From Octopus sinensis (taxonomy: Eukaryota), in contig NW_021831993.1 of the NCBI RefSeq assembly GCF_006345805.1, forward strand, positions 35,607 through 99,606: a DNA stretch of 64,000 nucleotides, read 5' to 3'. Positions 1 through 12,161 of this stretch are shown piece by piece. Below the pieces are notes generated by a model. That model searched no databases. It saw only the letters and a program-made list of their open reading frames with translations, and was not told the DNA's origin. The stretch's first letter is position 1. Each line of letters starts with the position of its first letter. The translations under genes and the position numbers were made by a program.

Positions 1-37
1 TATAGCACTAAGTGAACACACCTAACCCCAAACATTC

Positions 38-254
38 TTTTCTACTCTAGGTGCAAGGCCTGAGATTGTTGGAGAGGGGAGGTCAGTTGATTAGATTGAC
101 CCCAGTATACAACTGGTACTTAATTTATCGACCACCGAAAGGATGAAAGGCAAAGTCGACCTTGGCAGAATTTGAACTCAGAACATAAAGACAGACAAAA
201 TACCGCTGAGCATATCACCTGGCATGCTAACGTTTCTGTCAGCTTTCCGCCTTA
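38..254 (-). mobile_element. tRNA-derived SINE, family A
   Basis: Shares the core cgaccccgaaaggatgaaaggcaaagtcgac with copies at 395-625, 43625-43980 and 59095-59305. Confidence 0.8.
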
Positions 255-394
255 ACCCCAAACATATTGGATGCAGAAGTACATATGTGAGGTTATGTAC
301 AAATGAGAACTGACGACAGAATATCAACACAAAGAGAAATAGTGATCTTTATCCACGGAGACCAGGCAACAAATGTCCCATACCAACACATTGT

Positions 395-625
395 GTGGCG
401 AGCTGGCAGACACGTTAGCACGCTGGGTGAAATGCTTAGCAGTATTTCGTCTGCAGTTACGTTCTGAGTTCAAATTCCACCGAGGTCGAATTTGCTTTCA
501 TCCTTTCGGGGTCGATAAGTTAAGTACCAGTTACGCACTGGGGTCGATATAATCGACTTAATCTGTTTGTCTGTCCTTGTTTGTCCCCTCTGTGTTTAGC
601 CCCTTGTGGGTTGTAAAGAAATAAG
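395..625 (+). mobile_element. tRNA-derived SINE, family A
   Basis: gagctggcagacacgttagc...gagttcaaattcc (A/B-box-like) followed by the conserved core. Confidence 0.8.
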
Positions 626-995
626 AAATGCTCGTGATTGACCTCAGTTTCAACACAGGCATTATCAAATTGTTTTCCTGATGCAGATAAGCATGGAGAT
701 CATTTCGAAGCTGCTTTGTCACTCATAGGTCAAGCCCCAAATGAGGCCGGCCTTCGGGACCAATGTACTTTTAGCAGGTGACTTCAATTCTCTTCATCTC
801 AGACTTGTCAGTGGATATGGCAGACGGAAATGAAGCCAGTCACATGTGTGTGTGTGTTTTTGTGTGTGCGTACATACATACATACATACACACAAATATA
901 AGTACTTATATATATATAATATATATATATATATAATATATATATAATATATATATATATATAATATATATATATATATTATATATATAATATAC

Positions 996-1026
<31 letters not shown>

Positions 1027-1045
1027 CACACAAAACTTTTATACC

Positions 1046-1171
1046 TATGAGTATAATTATAATTAGGGTTCAGCAAAAATTTGCTTCATCACATACCGAA
1101 ATTTAGAAATTCTAAATTTCAGTATGTGGTGAAGCAAATTCTGCTGAACCCTAATTATAATTATACTCATA
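1046..1171. repeat. Near-perfect 126-bp palindrome
   Basis: Arms of about 63 bp (tatgagtataattataattagggttcagc...gaaatttagaa) with only a few differences and essentially no spacer. Confidence 0.9.
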
Positions 1172-1301
1172 ATTATAGAATTTTTGTATAAGTTTACCAT
1201 TAATGGTTCTTTTAACATAACAAACTACTTGGTAAAATTATTAATTAATTAAGTTTACCCTTTATATATAATATATATACAAGATAAGAAAATGGAGAAA
1301 T

Positions 1302-4300
1302 ACATCATCATCATCATTGTTTAGCGTCCGTTTTCCATGCTAGCATGGGTTGGACGGTTCTACTGGGGTCTGTGAAGCCAGAAGGCTTCATCAGGCCCAG
1401 TCAAATCTGGCAGTGTTTCTACGGCTGGATGCCCTTCCTAACGCCAACCACTCCTAGAGTGTAGTGGGTGCTTTTCACGAGCCACCCGCACAGGTGCCAG
1501 ACAGAGCTGGCAAACGGCCACGAACGGATGGTGCTTTTTATGTGCCACCGGCACGAGGGCCAGGCGAGGCTGGCAACGGACACGAAACGGGGCGGTGCTG
1601 GCAACGGTCGCGAAACGGAAGGTTCTCTTACATGCCACCGGCACTGGTAACACATCTGCAGTTTCCATTGATCTATTTCCATTGATCGATTTCGATTCTG
1701 ATCCTCACTTGCCTCAACGGGTCTTCACAAGTAGAGTTTCGACATGCCACCGGCACTGGTAACACATCTGCAGTTTCCATTGATCGATTTCGATTCTGAT
1801 CCTCACTTGCCTCAACAGGTCTTCACAAGTAGAGTTTTGTGTCCCAAGAAGGGAAGGTATGCATACGTAGGCTGGCTCCATCCCATGTAGAAGGCCACGG
1901 GTTATGGACTCACTTGTCCTGCCGGGTCTTCTCACGCACAGCACACTTCCAGAGGACTCGGTCTCTAGTCATTTCCTCAGTGAGACCTAAAGTTCGAGGG
2001 TTGTGCTTCACCACCTCGTCCCAGGTTTTCCTGGGTCTGCCTCTTCCACAGGTTCCCTCAACCGCTAGGGTGTGGCACTTTTTCACACAACTATCTTCAT
2101 CCATTAAACGTCTCTCTTGCACACCACAACTGATGCTTCTTAGGTCCAGCTTTTCTCTCAAGGTACTTACACTCTGCCGAGTATGAGTACTTACATTACA
2201 CATCCATCGGAGCATACTGGCTTCATTTCTTGCGAGCTTACGCATATCCTCAGCAGTCACGGCCCATGTTTCACTGCCATGTAGCATGGCTGTTCATACA
2301 TACGCATCATACAGTCTGCCTTTCACTCTGTGCGAGAGGCCTTTTGTCACCAGCAGAGGTAAGAGCTCTCTGAACTTTGCCCAAGCTATTCTTACTCTAG
2401 CAGTTACACTTTCAGCACACCCGCCCCCACTGCTGACTTGGTCACCTAGGTAACGGAAACTATCAACTATTTCTAGTTTTTCTCCCTTGAAAATGACGGA
2501 AGTTGGTCTCAGAGCATTTTCAGTGTTTATTGTTCCTGAGCATCTGCCACATACAAAAACCATCTTCCTAGTTAGCCTTCCTTTGACATTGCTGCACCTC
2601 TTATGTGTCCATAGCTTACACTTGGTGCATCTTATAGAGTTTCTACCTACACCTTTTCTACAGATCGAGCAGGGCCATCTACCTGAAGGCGTTTGTGATT
2701 TGTCTACCTTCCTACTGATTACGACTTTGGTTTTAGCTAGATTGACTCTGAGGCCCTTCGATTCTAATCCTTGTTTCCACACCTGAAACTTCTCCTCCGG
2801 TTCTGATAGCGACTCAGCAATTAAAGCAAGGTCATCAGCATAGAGGAGCTCCCAAGGGCATCCTGTCTTGAATTCCTCCGTTATTGCCTGGAGGACTATA
2901 ATAAATAGGAGGGGGCTGAGTACTGAGCCTTGGTGGACCCCTACCTCTACCCGGAATTCTTCACTGTACTCGTTTCCAACCCTCACCCTACTAGCGGCGT
3001 CCCTATACATGGCCCGCACAGCTCTCACTAACCATTCATCTATCCCTAGTTTCCTCATTGCCCACCAGATAAGGGATCGGGGGACCCTGTCGAAGGCTTT
3101 CTCCATGTCAACAAAAGCCAGGTACAGGGGCTTATCTTTGGCTAGGTATTTCTCCTGCAGCTGCCTTACCAGGAATATAGCATCAGTAGTACTTTTCCCT
3201 GGCACAAACCCAAACTGCATCTCATCTAAACTAACTCTCTCTCTAATTAGTTGGGCTATGACCCTCTCCGTAACCTTCATCACCTGATCCAACAGCTTGA
3301 TACCTCTGTAGTTATTTGTATCTAGGGCGTCACCTTTACCTTTGTAGCAGTTGACTATTATGCTGCTACACCAGTCATTGGGTATGACTCCTTTGTGTAT
3401 CACCTGATTAACTATACGGGTGACTAGGCTATAGCCGACACTACCAGACATTTTGAGCATCTCTGCAGTGATTCCTGATGGGCCTGGGGCTTTCCCTGTC
3501 TTCATGCTTCTAATTGCCTTAGCTACCACGGAACTATCAACTCGGATAGCTGGTCCCTCTGTTGGGTCAACATTCGGCAGACTCTCTTTATCCCATTCAT
3601 TTTCTTTATTCAGCAACCTTTCATAGTGGCATCTCCAAACCTCTCTTTTTGCTGAACATTGGCAAATTTTTTCTTATCTGCTTCCCCTCTGGCTAAATAA
3701 ACCTGTCTCCTAGCTTCTCTTTTGGCAGTCTGATACAATTCTCTGCTACCCCCATTTTTCCAGACCTTCCAAGCCTGTCTCTTTTCTCTAATAGCCCTGT
3801 CTACAATATTGTTCCACCATCACGTTATTCTAGGTCGAGAGGGGACTTTGCACCAGCCACAGATCTGGTCAGTGGCTCTCAGCAGGTTGTCCCTTAGAAA
3901 CGTCCAGCTGTCTTCTACCCCCTGTGATGCTCTATCCCCTTCTACTTCATCAGAGGCTTCAAGTAATATGTCCCTAAATCTCTGTCCATTTGCAGGATCT
4001 TTAAGCTTCCAGATCCTTCTTCTCCATATTGGTTGTCCTCCTAGTCCTGATCCTAAAGTCACTAACTACCAGTCTATGTTGTGGGGTACATTCTTCACCT
4101 GGGAAGGTTTTGGCATTTATAAGCAGCCATCTCTCCCTTTGCCTTGCAAGGATGTAGTCAATTTGGCTGGTATGTTGGCCCGATCGGTAAGTGACTAGGT
4201 GGCTGGTAGGTTTCCTGAAGTTAGTGTTGCAAATCATAAGATTATTTGCATCGCAGAACTCCAGCAGCCTGGTTCCCTCCTCGTTGCGGGAGCCATAGCC

Positions 4301-4620
4301 ATAGCCTCCATGTACGCCATGGAAGCCCCCAGCATGTCGTCCAACGTGACCATTGAAGTCACCAGCGACAAAGATAAGGTCTCTGTCGTTCGTCAACGAG
4401 GTAGTCTGCAGTAGAGTGTCATAGAATCAGTCTTTCTGTCCATCGGGTAGCCCCGACTGAGGAGCATAGGCTGATATAATGGTTGCTAAACTATGATGAA
4501 GCACTAATCTAATCTTAAGTATTCTGTCACATACTCTGATTACCTCAATTACTTTATCTACCCATTTCTCAGCGATAAGTATACCCACGCCACCAACCCC
4601 GTCAGTGTTCCCTGCCCAAA
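1302..4620 (-). mobile_element. RTE-clade LINE, decayed and 5'-truncated: APE endonuclease + RT + 3' UTR + (GAT)n tail
   Basis: ORF 4001-4396 (AGDFNGHVG, SQIDYIL); ORF 2294-3616 (KAPGPSG, QFGFVPGKST, AFVDMEKAFDRV, HQGSVLSPLLF, LYADD); tail catcatcat at 1302-1318. Confidence 0.95.
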
Positions 4621-5584
4621 ATCAAATATCAATTACCAGATAATACTCAATCACATGCTTTATTAAACCACCACATAAGAGACTGTAGGGTTAAACATAA
4701 AAAGCAGAACAAATCAGTGTACATAAAGGAATGTACATAAAAAAGTGTACATAAAAGAGTAATGTTGTATAATAAGTAGAATATATATAAAAGAGAATAT
4801 AATATAAGGAAAATTATTAACTGGAACACGGACATACATATATTCCGCTCTGGATCATAATGTAAGAGTTATTAATAATATTTTGAATGATAACAATGAT
4901 AACATTAATGGTATTGACAACGATAATGATGCTAACTTTAATGACACTTTAGAAATTATTATGAAGTAATATAATGTACTATTGACTATGTATATTTGCA
5001 TCTAGGTACTAATTTGTGTATGTTTATTATCACAATATTAAGTTGAAAAACTGACACATTGAGTGTGGAACACATATATATGTTTATTAATTTATATATT
5101 TATTTATATCATTATGTAAATGTATATTTTTATATGTATAAGAGTGTGAGTATATGCACTCATATGTATATGTATATGTTGTATTGTGGGTACACACCCA
5201 CACCCATGTGGGTATATATTTAGACTGAGTTATATTACATAATCTCCGAAGAGGCCTTATGATATTTTTGTAAATGTCTCATTTATATCTATATATTGAC
5301 CAACCATAAAGGGCTAATATTGGTAAAATGAGACATACTTATCTACATGGCCGAAACAGCTGTAAGATGTAATCTATACTTATATATATATTTACTTATA
5401 TTTATATTCTCTTTTATATATATTCTACTTATGAAACAACGTTACTCTTTTATGTACACTTTTTAATGTACATTCCTTTATGTACACTGATTTGTTTTGC
5501 TTTTTATATTTAACCTTACAGTCTCTGATGTGGTGTTTAATAAAGTATGTGATTGAGTATTTTCTGGTAATTGATATTTGATTT
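4619..5584 (+). mobile_element. Penelope-type terminus element with 190-bp terminal inverted repeats
   Basis: 4619-4808 is the reverse complement of 5395-5584. The interior carries a hammerhead-like motif followed by an AATAAA-containing 3' segment. Confidence 0.65.
5234..5373 (+). ncRNA. Type I hammerhead-ribozyme-like motif with 100-nt stem II (U4 mutated to C)
   Basis: Stem I attacat[aa]tct/agatgtaat; core CCGAAGA at 5246-5252; GGCC...GGCC closing stem II; GAAA at 5353; palindromic ACAGCTGT stem III; GUA site at 5362-5364. Confidence 0.65.
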
Positions 5585-5786
5585 AGATGTATTTCTCCAT
5601 TTTCTTATCTTGTATTAGTAATTTGTGGTAAATCATTTTACCTTTGCCCATATAATACAGTAAATGAATTGATTGCATCGCAATCATTAACATTTATGTA
5701 TTAACTTTGTTGGGTACTTCACTAGCAGTATATTAGATATACGTTATCCCATGGAGGGTTGCATTTACAACCCCTATCTCAATTTG

Positions 5787-5834
<48 letters not shown>

Positions 5835-5836
<2 letters not shown>

Positions 5837-7235
5837 GGCCCTCATAGCAGAATCAGTACCGGAACTAGAAAAGAAATTTCGGGTGTGGAAACAAGGGTTA
5901 GAATCAAAGGGCCTTAGAGTAAATGTAGCAAAGACCAAAGTAATAGTAAGCAGCAAGGCGTACTCAGCACACACCCCCTCGGGTAGGTGGCCCTGCTCAA
6001 TCTGTAGGAAAGGTGCAGGTAGAAACTCCATAAGATGCACCCAATGTAAGCTATGGACGCACAAGAGGTGCAGCAACATTAAAGGGAAATTAACAGATAA
6101 GATAGCCTTCATGTGCGGCAGATGCACAGGGACAATAGACACCACAGACACTCAGAAAGCAGATTCCATCACACTCCAGGGAGAGAAACTAGAAGTAGTT
6201 GATAGTTTCCGCTACCTGGGTGACCAAGTTAGTAGCGGAGGTGGATGCACAGAGAGTATCACCACTAGAATACGAATAGCCTGGGCAAAGTTCAGAAAGC
6301 TCCTACCCCTACTGGCGAAAAAGGGTCTCTCCCTCAGAGCGAAAGGTAGACTGTATGATGCATGTGTGCGAACTGCCATGCTTCACGGTAATGAAACATG
6401 GGCTATGACTGCAGAGGACATGTGTAGACTTGAAAGAAATGAAGCTAGCATGATCCGCTGGATGTGTATGTCAGTGTGCACGCACGACAGAGTGTAAGCA
6501 TCCTAAGAGAAATGCTGGATATAAGAAGCATCAGATGTGGTGTGCAAGAGCGACGTCTGCGCTGGTATGGTCATGTGCTGCGGATGGATGAGGAGAGATG
6601 TGTGAAGAAGTGCCACTCCCAAACAGTTGAAGGTATCAGGGGGAGAGGTAGACCCAGGAAGACATGGGATGAGGCAGTCAAGCTTGACCTCAGAGCGTTG
6701 GGCCTCACCGAGGCAATGGCGAAGGACCGAGATCTCTGGAGATATGCTGTGACTGCAAAGACCCGGGCTGCTTCCTGCATCAGTTCCGCATAGCCCCTGA
6801 CCATTCAAAGTACCCCGGATCCCAGATCGTCCCGCTGTGCTTGAGGAGACCTGTTGAGTCAAGTACATGAACACTCCGAACACCCCTCCCCGCTGGTGCT
6901 CCCCTATATTTCTGCACCCCCCCACATAAAAAGCACCATCCGAACGTGGCCGATGCCAGCACCGCCCCGACTGGCTTCTGTGCAGGTGGCACATAAAAAG
7001 CACCAACCGACCGTGGCCGTTGCCAGACCCCTCTGGCACCTGTGCAGGTGGCACGTAAAAAGCACCCACTACACTCACGGAGTGGTTGGCGTTAGGAAGG
7101 GCATCCAGCTGTAGAAACACTGCCAGACCAGACTGGAGCCTGGAGCAGCCCCTGGCTCCCCAGACCCCGGTCGAAACCGTCCAACCCGTGCTAGCGCGGA
7201 AAATGGACGTTAAACGATGATGATGATGATGATGA
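5835..7235 (+). mobile_element. RTE LINE 3' fragment (RT C-terminus, Cys-rich insert, 3' UTR, (GAT)n tail)
   Basis: ORF 5883-6497 (WPCSICRKG..CTQC..WTH.RCS, FRYLGD), ORF 6464-6793 (RRLRWYGHV, GRPRKTW), tail at about 7215-7235. Confidence 0.9.
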
Positions 7236-7250
7236 TATATATATATATAT

Positions 7251-7635
7251 AGGCAGAGGAGTGACAGTGTGGTAAGAAGCTTGCTTCCCAATCACATGGT
7301 TACAGGTTCAGTTCTACTGTGTGGCACTTTGGGCAAGTGTCTTCTAGTATAACTTTGGGCTGACCAAAGCCTTATCAGTGGATTTGGTAGATGGAAACTG
7401 AAGGAAGCCTATTATGTATGTGTGTGTGTATTTGTGTCTCTGTGTTTGTTCCACCCCACCATCACTTGACACCGAAGTTGGTGCATTTATGTCCCCGTAA
7501 CTTAGTAGTTCGGCAAAAGATACTGATAAAATAAGTACTAAACTTACAAAGAATGAGTCCTTGGGTTGATTTGTTTGACTAAAGGCAGTGCTCCAGCATG
7601 GCCACAGTCAAAAGACTAAAACAAGAAAAAGAATA
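7251..7635 (+). mobile_element. tRNA-derived SINE, family B
   Basis: gtgtggtaagaagcttgctt...ggttcagttc...ttgggcaagtgtcttct; related copies at 39230-39385, 49600-49985 and 63050-63235. Confidence 0.75.
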
Positions 7636-8227
7636 AAAAAAACACACACATATACACATATATATATTTACAAAAAAACTTTGTCTAATGACAATGTAAT
7701 ACGTATGTACTATGAGCACACAGGCTGCTTTACCACTAAAACTCTGGCTTGAACAACAACTTAAATGAAAGTGTTGTTGAAGCTGCCTATCAAAGATGGC
7801 TATAAGTGGTACATCATTGAGCTGGTAGATATATATTAGAAAAAGAGACAAACAAATAAAACCTGCAGTGGTATCACTTTAGAGTATGTAATTTTTCATT
7901 GAAACGTAATTGCAGATATAAAAGTTGAGAGATATACAATTATATTAGTATGTGTATGTGTGTGTATGTATGTGTGTCAGGTCACTTATGAGGTTCTCAT
8001 AAGTGCGACTGGTAACGTGGAATCCAGTACAACATGTTGCATGTTTGGGTTGTTGTTGACTAAACCAGCACTCCACCAGGCTACCCTGGTGACAAGGGTT
8101 CCCAGAAACCCAGCAGGTTTGAAAACAAGACCTGTTGAAAGGTCGGATGAATCTAGTGCAGTCTCAACAGCTATCTCGCATATGAGGTAAAAATATTGGT
8201 GAAAAGGAAAAATAAATAAAGGTTGAT

Positions 8228-8560
8228 ATCATCATCATCATCATCATCATCGTTTAACGTCCGTTCTCCATGCTGGCATGGGTTGGACGGTTCGACCGGA
8301 GATCTGGGAAGCCAGAAGGCTGCACCAGGCTCCAGTCTTATCTGGCAGTGTTTCTACAGCTGCATGCCCTTCCTAACGCCAACCACTCCGTGAGTGTAGT
8401 GGGTGCTTTTTACGTGCCACCTGCACAGGTGCCAGGCGAGGCTGGCAATGGCCACGGTCGGATTGGTGTATATTACGTGCCACCGGCACAGAAGCCAGTC
8501 GAGGCGGCGCTGGCATCGGCCACGAGTGGGATCGTGCTTTTTACGTACCACCAGACCAGG
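8228..8560 (-). mobile_element. RTE 3' UTR-only copy
   Basis: (CAT)n + gtttaacgtccgttctccatgctggcatgggttggacgg, same as the tails at 1305, 33200, 42520 and 57757. Confidence 0.8.
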
Positions 8561-8948
8561 GATCCTGGCTGGTTCAATTCGATTTCGATTGAACCGAACC
8601 AGCCAGGATCGGTTCAATCGATATAAAAATCATATATATCGATATATCGATTAAAAATCATATTAGATTTAAGGTTTACAAAACGTTGAATTAAGGATTA
8701 AAAGTTGTAAGATACATTGGCAGCAGTGAGAAACCCTAATGATGGATTTAAAAGTTTAGAGAAGTTCCAAAGAAATCTTTATAGAAAGTTATAACATCAA
8801 TATGAAGCAATTCGATGGCTGTTTCTGGAGTACATTAGTGAACAGGTATGGATCTTTTGGTGTCACACTGACAATGTCTCCTTCGTCAGGAATAAGTAAA
8901 TAGGTAATTAATTATGTTTGAAGACATGTAAGAGGAGAGAAAAGAAAA

Positions 8949-9020
8949 CTTTAGGTTAGATTACGTTAGGCGCCGGCTACTCTATCGAGTAGCCGGCGCC
9001 TAACGTAATCTAACCTAAAG
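8949..9020. repeat. Perfect 34-bp-stem hairpin (loop TATC)
   Basis: ctttaggttagattacgttaggcgccggctactc-tatc-gagtagccggcgcctaacgtaatctaacctaaag, zero mismatches. Confidence 0.95.
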
Positions 9021-9590
9021 ATACTGAACACTTTTACAATGACTCATGTTTATACATGAAAGGAGATATCTAGTGTAGAATGTTGGGAAAATTCTTTTTA
9101 AAAAATGAGAAGAAGCAGGGCTGTGGAATACTTCATTTCTTATATTTCATGGTATAGAGTTTCATGAAACATGAGTGGAATTTATATATATTTTATTTAC
9201 ATATTTTAATTTTATTTCTATTTTTATTATTTTCCCTTCTTGTGTATATATTATATATTTTTTGTATGTATACTTGTAAAAACAAATGTTTTGTTATTTA
9301 AGCAACCAGTAAAACAATACAATTTTCAGTTACTCATATCAGAGTAACTCACTGTAAACATTATTAATAAGATTGAAGTAAAAATTATCTGCCCCCAGAA
9401 GCCATCTCTACTCATTCTTGCAAATATATATAATACCATACCAAGAACTTCCTCTTTATTATTCTACTATATATATATATATATATACACTCTCTCTCTC
9501 TCTCTCTCTTTTACTCTCTTACTTATTTCAGTTATTTGATTGTGGCCATGTGGTTGGTTAGCAAGCTACTTACACACAACCACTCCTGCG

Positions 9591-9649
<59 letters not shown>

Positions 9650-9653
<4 letters not shown>

Positions 9654-9935
9654 GTAGAAAAAGCAGGGTTCCAACAAGGTTCAGCCCTCCGTCCCCTTTT
9701 ATTCATCAGTCCTCCAGGCAATAACAGAGGAATTCATGATGGGTTGCCCCTGGGAGCTCCTCTATGCTGATAACCTGGCCCTCATAGCAGAATCACTACC
9801 GGAACTAGAAAAGAAATTTCAGGTGTGGAAGCTAGATTTGGAATCAAAAGGCCTTAGAGTCAATGTAGCAAAGACCAAAGTCCTAGAAATTTGTAAGGCA
9901 AACACACCACATACCCCTTCTTGTTCAAGAACATA
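9650..9935 (+). mobile_element. RTE RT fragment
   Basis: CPWELLYADNLALIAESL homologous to ORF 2294-3616. Confidence 0.8.
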
Positions 9936-10017
9936 ACACACAACCCAGCCTGGAAATTGAACTCATTACCTCATGATTGTGAGCCCGATGCTTTAACCAC
10001 TGAGCCAGGCACCTTCA
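9935..10017 (-). mobile_element. tRNA-derived SINE head
   Basis: gaaggtgcctggctcagtggttaaagc...gagttcaatttcc (A and B boxes). Confidence 0.65.
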
Positions 10018-10116
10018 TGTATTTTAATATTTAGCAATAATTATTTCTAAAGTGAAAAAAGATAGAAAATGACAACAACACTGTGTGAATGATAGAAAAA
10101 TATTCTATTGAATAGT

Positions 10117-10122
10117 TTTATT
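10117..10122 (-). promoter_or_regulatory. Probable polyadenylation signal of the macro-PARP gene
   Basis: AATAAA on the minus strand about 120 nt after the stop, followed by T/GT-rich sequence. Confidence 0.5.
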
Positions 10123-10244
10123 CTTACAAAAGACCCTGGGGTTGCACCTAGAATTAGAGAATTTCCTGTATTTTCTTAGTCTTTCTTCTGTTAAATATAT
10201 TCCTGTTCACATTATATGTGTTTTATGAATTCCAATTATATTCA

Positions 10245-10510
10245 CTAATTAGAGAATGTAATCAAATATTTAGGATATGCTTGAGAGTCATGGAAAATAA
10301 CATAAATACTGGGTCTTTGAATATTATCAACAGCAGAATTGTATGAATCCGGTAAGACTTTTAATCCGTGTTGTCCTCGCATCACTTTTCCCACAAGAAC
10401 ACTGCATTGGTATATTCTCTTTGTTCCGTGATGGTCAGGAGTAGAATAGGTATCATTTGCAGAATATTGGATGTCTTTGGCAAAATAAACACCTTCACCA
10501 AATACTGTGG
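10245..10510 (-). CDS. Macro-PARP terminal coding exon (ART C-terminal half)
   Basis: ttcttctcttcttag|CC ACA GTA TTT GGT GAA GGT GTT TAT TTT GCC ... YPKYLITFSN TAG. 266 nt, phase 1, open throughout, stop at 10245-10247. Confidence 0.95.
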
Positions 10511-12005
10511 CTAAGAAGAGAAGAAAAAATATATATATAGCAAATAAGAAAATGTATGTATGTTATTATGGTTGTCGTGTTGATAAATAAACAAGTTAAC
10601 ATTTTAATGTCCTAAATTTGATGAACCAACTATTGTGTTCCTCCATTTTCTTATTTGCAATATAAATTAATGGTAAAATACCTCTTTATCTTCACCCATT
10701 TAATACAATAGGTAAGTTAATTGCAATGCAATTAAAAACACTTGTGTATTAATAATTGGGTATTATACCAACAGTATATAAGGGATAGGTATTATCCCTT
10801 AGTGGGTTGGATCCACAACCCCTAACTTTCTTGGAGTTATATATATATATATATATATATGTTTATATGTGTGTGTGTGTGTATGTATATACATGCATAT
10901 ATTTATATAATTAATATTAGAAGTAAAAATATAAAATAAACAGAATTGAAAGTCCTAAAACTCTGTAACACACACAGAGGGGTTCATCAAGGATCAGTCC
11001 TTAGTCCCCTCCTTTTCATCATTGTCCTCCAGGCCATAACAGAACAATTCAAGACAGGCAGTCTCCGGGCACTACTATATGCTGATCCTCTTGTCCTCAT
11101 AGCTGGTTCCATATCAGAGCTAGAAGAGAAATTCCAGGTGTGGAAGCAAAACCTGGATTCTAACTTAGCAATGGTTAAGGTCCTAGCAAGCAAGAAAACT
11201 GACAGGATCCTCCCCAACTCAGGTAGGTGGCCCTATGGTAGGAAAGGTGTAGGCAGGAACTCCATACTGTGCACCCAGTGTAAGTTATAGACAAACAAGA
11301 GGTGCAAGAAGGTTAGCAGAGAAGATAGTTTTCATGTGGAAGATGCACAGGGTCCTTAAAAACTTGAGAAATTGATTTTCTCAATTGCCTTGGTGGCTCA
11401 TTAGAGGTAGTAGATAACTTCTGCTACCTAGGGGACCAAATTAATAGGGATGGGGGAGATGCAAGAAGAGTGTGATAGCTAGAAGAAGAATAGGGCGGAG
11501 GAAGTTCAGAGAGCTTTTACCTCTGTTGGCCCCAAAAGGTTTCTGTTTCTGAGTGAAAGGAAGATTGTATGATGTATGTATATTGACAGCAATTCTACAT
11601 GGTAATGAGATGTGGGCCCTAAATGTAGAGGGCATGCGAAGGTTGGAGAGGAATGAGGCTAGTATGCTCAGGTTCAACAGAGTGCCACTGTTCTGAGAGA
11701 GAAGTAAGGCATAAGAGGAATTGGTTGCTGGGTGCAAGACGGATGTCTTCAGATCTTGTTTTACACTTCAGGCAATTCTTACTGAAATCCTGGGACCTTC
11801 AAGCTGACAAGAATTTTAGGTAGTGGTCTAATGAGAACAATCCCTTGTGCTTGACCTTTCTTCTTAGTCTGTGTATTTGAAAACAAGCCATGTGGCCTTT
11901 CCTCTTTCCATTTTGAAGAGAGGTTATAAGCCACTGACCCTGGCCAACCCTATGAACCAGCCATAACCAACATTCTCTAAGATACACATATATATACATA
12001 TGTAT

Positions 12006-12051
<46 letters not shown>

Positions 12052-12130
12052 AAGTTTGTTTTCAAAGCGTTAAAATGTATTGTAGAACAAGTTGAAAGAT
12101 TTTTTTATTCAACGCATAAATACTGAACAG

Positions 12131-12161
<31 letters not shown>

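Noticed and set aside
794-1033. ORFs made of poly-I/Y/N/V runs (also about 9540, 11800, 14470, 23550-24230, 27700, 58400, 60360)
   Set aside because: They are translations of (TA)n, (AAT)n, (TAG)n and (CA)n microsatellites.
7734-7821. Open 88-nt AG/GT-bounded segment on the minus strand (LNDVPLIAIFDRQL...)
   Set aside because: No recognisable domain, no partner exons and only moderate splice sites; cannot be supported as an exon.
8845-8889. CTGACGA hammerhead-like core on the minus strand
   Set aside because: GAAA is replaced by AAAA and no stem I or III pairing could be built; at most a decayed remnant.
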